This document shows, in pieces, positions 1-7,229 of a stretch of DNA of 11,810 nt. The translations under genes and the position numbers were made by a program. Position 1 is the first letter of the stretch. Every line of letters begins with the position of its first letter. The DNA is taken from IMG/VR virus record IMGVR_UViG_2778261375_000004; one strand, 5' to 3'. The DNA comes from a virus. Its lineage: Duplodnaviria; Heunggongvirae; Uroviricota; Caudoviricetes. The notes beneath the pieces were generated by a model, which was not told the origin of the DNA, did no database searches, and saw only the letters and a list, made by a program, of their open reading frames with translations.

Positions 1-528
<528 letters not shown>

Positions 529-704
529 CCAACCTTCACGGAAACCGACTCAGGTATCATTGATTTAAAAAGAATTGATAAAAGGGCCGTTATTATTGCG
601 ACAATTGCGAATAACGTTGCCCTGAACCATAGTTTTTTAAATGTCTGCTTCAGCATCCATTTCCAGCGTGAAATCATTCTGCATTCCCTCATATTGCAGC
701 CGGG

Positions 705-733
705 ATAAATAAATGCCGCCTCTGTGGCGGCAT
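705..733 (-). terminator. Rho-independent terminator of the BCCT transporter gene
   Basis: Perfect 8-bp stem ATGCCGCC (713-720) / GGCGGCAT (726-733) with 5-nt loop, beginning 8 bp after the transporter stop (741-743). On the minus strand it is followed by a U-rich tract (TTATTTAT, plus-strand 705-712). Confidence 0.6.
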
Positions 734-740
734 GTTGCTG

Positions 741-2744
741 TTAACGAACCAGATGCAGGAAGTGCAGGTGTTTTTCGTACTGGTCCAGTATGTCATTAAT
801 CAGCTGTTCCTGATTCCAGCCCATTACATCATAATTTTGGCCGCCCTCTTTGAGATAGACTTCAGCGCGATAATATCGATGTTGTTCACTCTGCTGCTCA
901 TCATTATCCAGCGCAGCGAGCGCGAAGGTCGGTGAGTTATACCCGCGAAGCCTCACTTCATATATATAATTCAGCTCGTTGCCCAAATCGACTTCAAGGC
1001 GAATACGATCCTCGGCGGCGTCACTGATGTGGCTTATCGTTCCCTGCTTGTTAAGTTCCTCCTGAACCAGCGTCATGGCGGGTTGGATAATGTCGTCCAT
1101 AAAACGTTTCACAAGAGAGCGCTTCGGCAAATACGCGATATTGCGTAACCTTCTCTGCCAGGGAATTGGGTTACGTGCAGCCGTAGGAGCAATAGTCGCC
1201 ATGCTAAGGCTTTCACGCTTGGTCAAATCCCGACGCAGGGCTTTTAACAGTCCGTATATGGATATTAATAAGATAACTGAGAAGGGCAATGCACTCGCTA
1301 TCGTTACGGTTTGCAACGCACTCAGCCCCCCTGCGATCAGCAGGGCAATAGCAACAACGCCCATGAGCGATGCCCAGAAAATTCGCTGCCAGACGGGCGT
1401 GTTTGCCACCCCACCTGATGCCAGAGTATCCACAACCATTGCCCCCGAATCAGCAGACGTTACAAAGAAGACGATGACCATCGCCATTGCAATGAATGAC
1501 AGCACGGAAGAGAACGGGAAATGCTCCAGGAAATTAAACAGGGCAAGCGCAACATCCTGCTGAACGGTATTGGCGAGGTCAGTGGCGCCCTGGTTCATGA
1601 TGAGATAGATGGCGCTGTTTCCAAACACCGTCATCCACATGAGCGTAAAGCCGGCGGGAACAAACAACACGCCAGTCACGAACTCACGAATTGTCCTGCC
1701 GCGGGAAACGCGTGCAATGAACATACCTACAAACGGCGACCATGAAAGCCACCATCCCCAGTATAATAATGTCCAGCCCCCCAGCCAGTTGCTCGACTTG
1801 GGTTCATACGCGTAAAGGTTGAACGTTTTACTCACCAGTTCCGACAGATAACCACCCGTATTTTCCACAAATGACTTCAGCAGAAGCACAGTGGGACCCA
1901 GGCACAAGACCAGCGCCAGGAGCAACACCGCCAGGCCCAGATTAAGCTCAGACAGGATGCGTATTCCCTTGTCCAGGCCGGACACCACCGAAATCGTCGC
2001 TAACCCCGTGATGACCACGATCAAAATGACCTGTACCGTTTCATTGATGGGCACGCCGAAAAGATGGTTCAAACCGGCATTCACCTGCAATACACCGTAA
2101 CCCAGTGATGTTGCAACGCCAAAGACAGTGCCTATCACGGCGAAGATATCAACCGCGTGGCCTATAGGCCCGTAAATGCGATCGCCGATAATGGGATAGA
2201 GCGCAGAACGCAGCGTTAAAGGCAGACCGTGACGGTAACTGAAAAAGGCCAGAATCAGCGCCACGATGGCATAAATTGCCCATGCGTGCAGACCCCAGTG
2301 GAAGAACGTCAGGCGCATGGCTTCCTTCGCTGCCGCAACGGTCTCTGGAGTGCCGACAGGTGGCGAAAGATAATGCATCACAGGTTCGGCAACGCCAAAG
2401 AACATCAGGCCGATCCCCATCCCTGCCGAAAAAAGCATCGCGAACCAGGAGTGGTAGCTGAAATCAGGCTGCGCATGGTCTGGGCCCAGCTTTATATCAC
2501 CGTAACGTGAGAGTCCAAGGAACGTGACGCTCAGTAAAATCAGGGCCACAGCAAGTATGTAGAACCAGCTGGCATTCGTGAAGATTTGTTGCTGAAGTAG
2601 TTTAAAATTTTTGTCGGCGACATCCGGGAATACGGCGGCAAAGGCGACAAGAAGGAAAATTAGCAAAGCAGATGTAAAGAATACCGCTTTGTTAATCTGG
2701 CTTGTAGACTTCTTTGGGGTTGTATCATTTTCACTCATAATCAT
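741..2744 (-). CDS. betU: BCCT-family (betaine/carnitine/choline) osmolyte transporter, BetU-like
   Basis: 667-aa polytopic membrane protein with the BCCT signature region WTLLYWGWWLSWSPFVGMFIARVSRGRTIREF and clear collinearity with my recollection of E. coli BetT. Length and context match the BetU paralogue recalled from uropathogenic E. coli; the symbol is tentative. Two adjacent ATG starts (2744, 2738). Confidence 0.85.
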   Translation of the reverse strand: MIMSENDTTPKKSTSQINKAVFFTSALLIFLLVAFAAVFPDVADKNFKLLQQQIFTNASWFYILAVALILLSVTFLGLSRYGDIKLGPDHAQPDFSYHSWFAMLFSAGMGIGLMFFGVAEPVMHYLSPPVGTPETVAAAKEAMRLTFFHWGLHAWAIYAIVALILAFFSYRHGLPLTLRSALYPIIGDRIYGPIGHAVDIFAVIGTVFGVATSLGYGVLQVNAGLNHLFGVPINETVQVILIVVITGLATISVVSGLDKGIRILSELNLGLAVLLLALVLCLGPTVLLLKSFVENTGGYLSELVSKTFNLYAYEPKSSNWLGGWTLLYWGWWLSWSPFVGMFIARVSRGRTIREFVTGVLFVPAGFTLMWMTVFGNSAIYLIMNQGATDLANTVQQDVALALFNFLEHFPFSSVLSFIAMAMVIVFFVTSADSGAMVVDTLASGGVANTPVWQRIFWASLMGVVAIALLIAGGLSALQTVTIASALPFSVILLISIYGLLKALRRDLTKRESLSMATIAPTAARNPIPWQRRLRNIAYLPKRSLVKRFMDDIIQPAMTLVQEELNKQGTISHISDAAEDRIRLEVDLGNELNYIYEVRLRGYNSPTFALAALDNDEQQSEQHRYYRAEVYLKEGGQNYDVMGWNQEQLINDILDQYEKHLHFLHLVR

Positions 2745-3078
2745 TTATTCCATTAATTAAATCCGCACTGGATAGAAGGTACTACCTCTCACAGAGTAGC
2801 AAAGTTCAACTGGCTATGCGGGGTTAATCGGAATGCATGGTGGAATGAGTGCCGATACAAATCATCCTATATTCTAAGGAGTTTTAAGTTACTCAGCCTG
2901 CCAATTACTGGGGCATTTAATTTGTATGATCTGTATCAAAGCTGGGATATAAGTTAAGTGAAGTATATTAGGCACGAATTACCAGCGTCTGCTCTTGGCA
3001 CAAAGCGGACAACCACGCTAGCTCTACCCTGTGCCACAAAATGTCAATTTGCATCTGAACTAATGCACTTTAATCTCG

Positions 3079-3501
3079 TCACTTCAATAAATACCGAACA
3101 TCCCCCTGATAAAACGACAATATGCGCTGCATAACTTCGCTCTTCCGGCACTCGCGACAGATTATGTTTAGGCGACTGTCGTAGCGACGTATTTCTCCGT
3201 CAGGTAATGACCAGATAAGGTCCGGATCAACCACAACCGGTTTCTTCAGCTTTGCCCTCGATAATTTTTTGCGGGCATTTTGCCAGTCTTTACGAGCCTG
3301 TTCAGACGGGAATAACCCGTAGCCAGAATTGTATACATCGCCACTGGCAACCAGCTCTCTGGCCAGAACGCTCATCAGATATCTTGTTGCCCCAGTTTTA
3401 GCTTCCAGTTGTCGTAACGTCTCGCGCCCACTCTGGCGTACGAGTTCAAGAACCTGCCCTTTAATTTTTTCCCGCTCTTCTTGTGTAAAAACTTTTGCCA
3501 C
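3079..3501 (-). CDS. hypothetical prophage protein (140 aa), possible winged-helix DNA-binding segment
   Basis: GTG start at 3499-3501 preceded by a perfect AGGAGG Shine-Dalgarno 4 nt upstream on the minus strand. It is the last gene of the minus-strand replication operon. No family recognised; residues ETLRQLEAKTGATRYLMSVLAREL look HTH-like. Confidence 0.55.
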   Translation of the reverse strand: MAKVFTQEEREKIKGQVLELVRQSGRETLRQLEAKTGATRYLMSVLARELVASGDVYNSGYGLFPSEQARKDWQNARKKLSRAKLKKPVVVDPDLIWSLPDGEIRRYDSRLNIICRECRKSEVMQRILSFYQGDVRYLLK

Positions 3502-3541
3502 AAGCCCTCCTGAAAATTACCTCATGACCAGAAATTAACAC

Positions 3542-4612
3542 TTACCCCCTGAAGCCCGGCGGAATTTCGTTATCCGGTTCAGAAATATGATTCACACAAC
3601 GCTGGTTGTTCGTGCCGCTTACCGGGAGCAACCAGGGGTTCTCAAAATTCCGGTCCGGTCCAAAAAACGTCGTCGCTCGCTGAACAAATTCCGTTCCCGT
3701 TTTCCCGGTAGCCGCCAAGTATCTTGCGTAACGCCTCACGCCATCCAGCATGGCCTCTGGTGGCACCCCCTCGCGTAATCTGGCCTTCCAGGCACTGAAA
3801 GCGGATTTCTTCGGGTTTGCCCCAGCACGCAACGGGTACTCCCGCCAGACCTGTTCGAACACATCCGGATAATCCACTCGTCCCACAGACTGCCCGGTGT
3901 TTTCCGGGACTACCCGATCGGCTTCCCGCTGAATGGCGGAATCGGCTTCAGGCTGCTGCAGTTGGTGTGATTGCTCCGCCCTTGCGGTCATCACCTGCTG
4001 CACAGCGCCCGAATCGGCTTTCAGCGCATACGCTGAATCGGCTTCCGGTGTCGTGCCTGCTGGCTGACCAAGATTGACGGTCTGAACATCCCCTGCCTGG
4101 TTCGTGGCGTTTTTTACGCCATGGACCATAGTGTTTTGATCTTCTTGATCTGTATCTTTATCTGTATCTTTATCTGTCGTGACTCGTCGTGACATGTGCG
4201 TGACATTTCGTGACGCGCCGTGACAATCGCCATTTTGTTCCCGCTTTCTTTCCCTCTCTCGCTGCGCCCTCTTGCGCTCTGCAGGAGATTTTGCGGTTTG
4301 CGAAATATTGCCGTTGTCCTCTTTAAGCACCTGGCGTTTTTCCCATCCAGTGATTAAATCACCATCAAGTACCCGCCCCTGCATCGTCTGCAAAATTGAA
4401 TCAATTACCTCTTCTGTCACGTCGAGCGCACTTGCCAAATCTTCTGTCGTGACATCAATGTGACCTCGCGTGACATTTCGTGACGCGCTCACCAGGAGGT
4501 GGATATACACTGCCATCACTGTTGCAATTGGCTGCCCTGACACCCTGGCAATTGTTCGCCACTTAGGGTCATTTGGCATGTCATGCCATAATCTGAGCCA
4601 GGCGTTAGCCAT
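3542..4612 (-). CDS. Prophage replication initiator with DnaT-like C-terminal domain (YdaU-type)
   Basis: The C-terminus ...FGPDRNFENPWLLPVSGTNNQRCVNHISEPDNEIPPGFRG matches the C-terminal end of E. coli primosomal protein DnaT (...SEPDSQIPPGFRG) as recalled. Start taken as ATG 4610-4612 with AAGAGG 5 nt upstream; the track start GTG 4618 lies inside that RBS. Gene position corresponds to ydaU of Rac. Confidence 0.8.
   Translation of the reverse strand: MANAWLRLWHDMPNDPKWRTIARVSGQPIATVMAVYIHLLVSASRNVTRGHIDVTTEDLASALDVTEEVIDSILQTMQGRVLDGDLITGWEKRQVLKEDNGNISQTAKSPAERKRAQRERERKREQNGDCHGASRNVTHMSRRVTTDKDTDKDTDQEDQNTMVHGVKNATNQAGDVQTVNLGQPAGTTPEADSAYALKADSGAVQQVMTARAEQSHQLQQPEADSAIQREADRVVPENTGQSVGRVDYPDVFEQVWREYPLRAGANPKKSAFSAWKARLREGVPPEAMLDGVRRYARYLAATGKTGTEFVQRATTFFGPDRNFENPWLLPVSGTNNQRCVNHISEPDNEIPPGFRG
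4148..4224. repeat. Iteron-like array I: 12-bp AT-rich tandem repeat followed by five helically phased CGTGAC hexamers
   Basis: ATCTGTATCTTT at 4148-4159 and 4160-4171, partial third copy to 4183. CGTGAC at 4178, 4188, 4199, 4209, 4219 (spacing 10, 11, 10, 10 bp). Lies inside the replication-initiator CDS. Confidence 0.6.
4415..4487. repeat. Iteron-like array II: phased CGTGAC/TGTGAC hexamers plus one inverted copy
   Basis: GTCACG (inverted) at 4415-4420; CGTGAC at 4447, 4468, 4478 and TGTGAC at 4458 (spacing 11, 10, 10 bp). The 21-mer GCGTGACATTTCGTGACGCGC is identical at 4198-4218 and 4467-4487. Confidence 0.55.
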
Positions 4613-4683
4613 ACTCACCTCTTTTGATACCGAATCTTTTTACTCACAAATTGCCGGAAGTGATCCGGTATGAATATTGCGAG

Positions 4684-5109
4684 TCAATGCACAGCCACAA
4701 TATTTCCTGCAGGGCCACCACGATTCATCTGGTTGAAACCAGCGATCGCCACTGCGACAAAATCATCAGCGTCTCTCACCAGTCGTTCCCGCGTCTCCAC
4801 TAGTTCCCGAAAATAGGCTGAGCTATGGCTGCGCATTCGGGCCACCAGCAGAGGTGGCATTGCTTTTTCGATAGCTGGTAACAACGCCTGAATTTTTTCA
4901 ACTGCATCAGGGGTGTCTTTCTCTACCCAGCGGAAAATTTTCTGGGTATTGCGAGCCAGGGCTTCCGGATGGCTGTCGTCATACAGTTCTGGGAACGTCA
5001 TACCCAGTTCAAAATAAGCCCTGGTTATTTCAGCTGCCGGAACTTTTTCACCGTCCGGATGCGCCCAGGCATTCATCGCCATGCGGATGTGTTCATGCTT
5101 GATTTTCAT
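4684..5109 (-). CDS. YdaT-like protein (CII-analogue / formerly annotated toxin family)
   Basis: 141 aa, start ATG 5107-5109 with AGGAG 8 nt upstream. N-terminus MKIKHEHI... and position (between the Cro-like gene and the replication initiator) correspond to ydaT of Rac-type prophages as recalled. Confidence 0.6.
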   Translation of the reverse strand: MKIKHEHIRMAMNAWAHPDGEKVPAAEITRAYFELGMTFPELYDDSHPEALARNTQKIFRWVEKDTPDAVEKIQALLPAIEKAMPPLLVARMRSHSSAYFRELVETRERLVRDADDFVAVAIAGFNQMNRGGPAGNIVAVH

Positions 5110-5374
5110 GAATCAAGCTCCTAGAAAGTGGTTGTGTTAACATTTTGGTATCTTCCAGCTCGGGCCAAATATTCATCCAATCAAAAGGCCTTAGTTGCTG
5201 ACGTGTAACTTCACCATTACTGGCTCGCTCAATAAGGACACATAACGATGCCCCTAACACTTGACCTTTACTCAATGCCTTTCTTAGATAACCGATGCTG
5301 GTACCACACTCGCATGCAAACATACGCTGTTCATCTGACGAAAGAGAATTGAGAAATATTCTTAATTCTTCCAT
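5093..5374 (-). CDS. Cro-like HTH regulator (YdaS family)
   Basis: 93 aa, ATG 5372-5374 with AAGGAG 5 nt upstream. Transcribed divergently from the repressor. The segment ...ERASNGEVTRQQLRPFDW resembles the YdaS/Cro-like family as recalled. Overlaps the next gene by 17 bp. Confidence 0.65.
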   Translation of the reverse strand: MEELRIFLNSLSSDEQRMFACECGTSIGYLRKALSKGQVLGASLCVLIERASNGEVTRQQLRPFDWMNIWPELEDTKMLTQPLSRSLIHENQA

Positions 5375-5399
5375 AGCTACTCCTTAGTAAACACAGCAA

Positions 5400-5468
5400 A
5401 GAATACCCACAGGTAAACAAAAGTCAATACCCACAGGTTGTTTACCTTGCAGTAATCGCATCTATTAT
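5400..5468. promoter_or_regulatory. Immunity switch: divergent promoters with operator pair O1/O2 (TACC-N4-GGTA)
   Basis: O1 TACCCACAGGTA (5404-5415) and O2 TACCCACAGGTT (5428-5439), each within the direct repeat AATACCCACAGGT. Minus-strand promoter for the Cro-like gene: -35 TTGACT (plus-strand 5422-5427), 16-bp spacer, -10 TATTCT (5400-5405). Plus-strand promoter for the repressor: -35 TTTACC (5441-5446), 16-bp spacer, -10 TATTAT (5463-5468). Confidence 0.55.
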
Positions 5469-5474
5469 TTACCT

Positions 5475-5894
5475 ATGGACAAATATGAATTTAGACGACA
5501 GCAACTCATCAAAATTCGTGATGAGAAATGCGATGGTAAAGCGGTTAACGTGGCCAGAAAGATCGGGCGCGAGCCTTCTTATGTATCAAGAATGTTGTAC
5601 CCAGAGGGGAAAAAGGGAAAAAAACGGATCGCTGATGATATGGTGGAGATTATCGAAGAGTCCTTTGGGTTACCCCGGGGATGGATGGATGGTATCGTTT
5701 CATCATCAACGAACACAGCCTCCAGTTATGAAACAAGGGTTCTAACGCCACGACAACGTATTTTTTTAGATCTCTTAGACGAACTGCCAGAAAGTGAAGC
5801 GGATAACTTATTAAAAACTCTTGAAGAGAAAAAACAGTATTACAATATGATCTACGAAGAAATCCGTAAAAAGAAAGCACAAAACGCATCATAG
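5475..5894 (+). CDS. Prophage CI-type repressor (HTH, no peptidase S24 domain; DicA/RacR-like architecture)
   Basis: 139 aa; N-terminal HTH (GKAVNVARKIGREPSYVSRML); C-terminal region resembles the dimerisation region of DicA as recalled. Divergent from the Cro-like gene. No SD upstream of the ATG, consistent with a leaderless mRNA. Confidence 0.75.
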   Translation: MDKYEFRRQQLIKIRDEKCDGKAVNVARKIGREPSYVSRMLYPEGKKGKKRIADDMVEIIEESFGLPRGWMDGIVSSSTNTASSYETRVLTPRQRIFLDLLDELPESEADNLLKTLEEKKQYYNMIYEEIRKKKAQNAS

Positions 5895-5934
5895 CTCACC
5901 AAACAACTAGTCACCAGTTAAGACACCGCAAAAA

Positions 5935-5975
5935 GTTACCCATGGGTATTTACTTTTTAAATACCTATGGGTAAC
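5935..5975 (+). promoter_or_regulatory. Second operator pair O3/O4 (OL-like) at the start of the rightward early operon
   Basis: O3 TACCCATGGGTA (5937-5948, perfect 12-bp palindrome) and O4 TACCTATGGGTA (5962-5973), 25 bp centre to centre. Together they form a 41-bp near-palindrome GTTACCCATGGGTATTTA-N5-TAAATACCTATGGGTAAC. Same TACC-N4-GGTA consensus as O1/O2. Confidence 0.55.
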
Positions 5976-6159
5976 CTTCTTTTCATACCAACCCACCCCG
6001 CCCCACAGAATGCAGGGCAATACTTCGAGTTACCAGGCAGTGGTCAGGGGTTAAGTAGCCAGCCCGAGGCGTAAGAACATGACGGCAGGGTTCAACTTTA
6101 ATAACTATGCAGCAGGTTTTTGTTCCGCTACCCCGGCGTTAAGGGGAAATGAGGTCAGC

Positions 6160-6315
6160 ATGGATACTATCGATCTTGGCAACAGCGAATCTCTGGTATG
6201 TGGCGTGTTCCCCAACCAAGACGGTACGTTCACCGCGATGACGTATACCAAAAGCAAAACGTTTAAAACCGAAAATGGTGCCCGTCGCTGGCTGGAAAGA
6301 AACTCAGGTGAGTGA
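6160..6315 (+). CDS. ydfA: small prophage protein, YdfA-like (51 aa)
   Basis: ATG 6160 with GAGG 5 nt upstream; 51 aa (MDTIDLGNSESLVCGVFPNQDGTF...), first gene after the OL-like operators. Size and position match ydfA of the Qin dicB operon as recalled. The ORF-track start at 6079 gives a 27-aa N-terminal extension with a poorer RBS. Confidence 0.55.
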   Translation: MDTIDLGNSESLVCGVFPNQDGTFTAMTYTKSKTFKTENGARRWLERNSGE

Positions 6316-6316
6316 T

Positions 6317-6445
6317 ATGGATTTCGACACAATCATGGAAAAGGCTTACGAAGAATACTTCGAAGGTCTTGCCGAAGGCGAAGAAGCTCTCAGCTTCAAC
6401 GAATTTAAACAGGCGCTTTCCAGTTCGGCAAAATCTAACGGCTGA
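6317..6445 (+). CDS. ydfB: small acidic prophage protein, YdfB-like (42 aa); not in the ORF track (below size cutoff)
   Basis: ATG 6317 one base after the upstream stop (TGA-T-ATG), with AGGTGA 6 nt upstream. Translation MDFDTIMEKAYEEYFEGLAEGEEALSFNEFKQALSSSAKSNG, stop TGA 6443-6445. Size and position match ydfB. Confidence 0.55.
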   Translation: MDFDTIMEKAYEEYFEGLAEGEEALSFNEFKQALSSSAKSNG

Positions 6446-6474
6446 TAAGCGAAACAGCACCGCGAGGAATCAGT

Positions 6475-6690
6475 ATGCAGAAACGAGAACCCGTCATCAT
6501 CGCGCCAGACTATACCGATGATGAACTTTATGAGTGGATGCACCAGAAAATTAATGCAGCGCAGGATCTGAAATGGGCCAATGAAGCTAGGGCTAAGCAG
6601 GCTGAAAATCTGTCCGCTCTGGAGCAGGATATCACCAATCTGGAAAAAGCAGCAGCATTAAGCATTGCCAGAATGATTACAGGTTGGTAA
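6475..6690 (+). CDS. ydfC: small prophage protein, YdfC-like (71 aa)
   Basis: ATG 6475 with GAGGA 6 nt upstream; protein-like composition (MQKREPVIIAPDYTDDELYEWMHQKINAAQDLKW...). Position and size match ydfC. Confidence 0.6.
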   Translation: MQKREPVIIAPDYTDDELYEWMHQKINAAQDLKWANEARAKQAENLSALEQDITNLEKAAALSIARMITGW

Positions 6691-7002
6691 TAAAGGAGTT
6701 CTCCACGGGTGAGGTGGAGTGCGTGTGCCGGACACGGGTGAGCATCCGGCACTGACAGTTTACTGAAAGGATATTTCCCTGAAAAGTCAGACCATAACGC
6801 GAAAGCGCACGGCGAGGTAGCTGGTTCATAGATAGCCTGTCGTTAAATTTTCGTCGACCGTGCGCTTCCGGTTGTGGCAATCCGCGAAATGGCGCGGCGG
6901 TAAGTATGGCGGGGTTATTCCTTCCCCCGTTGAGGACACCGGGTTGTCAGGTTGACCATACGCTTAAGTGACAACCCCGCTGCAACGCCCTCTGTTATCA
7001 AT

Positions 7003-7060
7003 TTTCTGGTGACGTTTGGCGGTATCAGTTTTACTCCGTGACTGCTCTGCCGCCCTTTTT
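7003..7060 (+). ncRNA. dicF: DicF small regulatory RNA (cell-division/ftsZ-targeting sRNA of lambdoid prophages)
   Basis: TTTCTGGTGACGTTTGGCGGTATCAGTTTTACTCCGTGACTGCTCTGCCGCCCTTTTT matches the DicF sequence as I recall it. It ends in an intrinsic terminator (interrupted GGCGG...CCGCC stem plus T5 at 7056-7060) and sits between ydfC-like and dicB as in Qin. The 5' end is approximate (RNase-processed in vivo). Confidence 0.7.
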
Positions 7061-7229
7061 AAAGTGAATTTTGTGATGTGGTGAATGCGGCTGAGCGCAC
7101 GCGGAACAGTTAAAACCAAAAACAGTGTTATGGGTGGATTCTCTGTATCCGGCGTTAATTGTTAACTGGTTAACGTCACCTGGAGGCACCAGGCACCGCA
7201 TCACAAAATTCATTGTTGAGGACGCGATA

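Noticed and set aside
1075-2510. Plus-strand ORFs 1075-1563, 1521-1745, 1609-1815, 1891-2100, 2229-2510, 2276-2461
   Set aside because: All lie antisense inside the BCCT transporter gene, lack RBS, and have low-complexity Arg/Pro/Thr-rich translations: shadow ORFs.
4148-4224. Possible CRISPR array suggested by regularly spaced short repeats
   Set aside because: Repeat unit is only 6-12 bp with 10-11 bp phasing, inside a CDS, with no spacer-like unique segments or cas genes: iterons, not CRISPR.
4616-4618. GTG start at 4618 for the replication initiator (ORF-track start)
   Set aside because: That GTG lies inside the AAGAGG Shine-Dalgarno; the ATG at 4612 has correct spacing.
3329-4673. Plus-strand ORFs 3329-3538, 3587-3778, 3817-4077, 4272-4463, 4470-4673
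   Set aside because: Antisense to the well-supported replication-module genes; no RBS support.
5485-5892. ORFs 5485-5745(+) and 5650-5892(-) overlapping the repressor gene
   Set aside because: Alternative frame or antisense of the HTH repressor CDS, which has a recognisable HTH domain.
5976-6078. Lambda-like nut site (boxA/boxB) between the OL-like operators and the first early gene
   Set aside because: GCCCCACAGAATGCAGGGC has only a 4-bp GCCC/GGGC stem and no boxA-like CGCTCTTA; not convincing, and no N-like antiterminator gene was recognised.
6079-6159. Longer N-terminal extension (start 6079) for the YdfA-like gene
   Set aside because: The internal ATG at 6160 has the better RBS and yields the expected 51-aa product; the extension is not excluded but is less likely.
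6105-6543. ORFs 6105-6332(-), 6263-6460(-), 6312-6521(+), 6346-6543(-)
   Set aside because: They overlap the RBS-supported ydfA/ydfB/ydfC-like genes. The 6312-6521 translation is Arg-rich low complexity, and the true gene in that interval is the 42-aa ORF in another frame.
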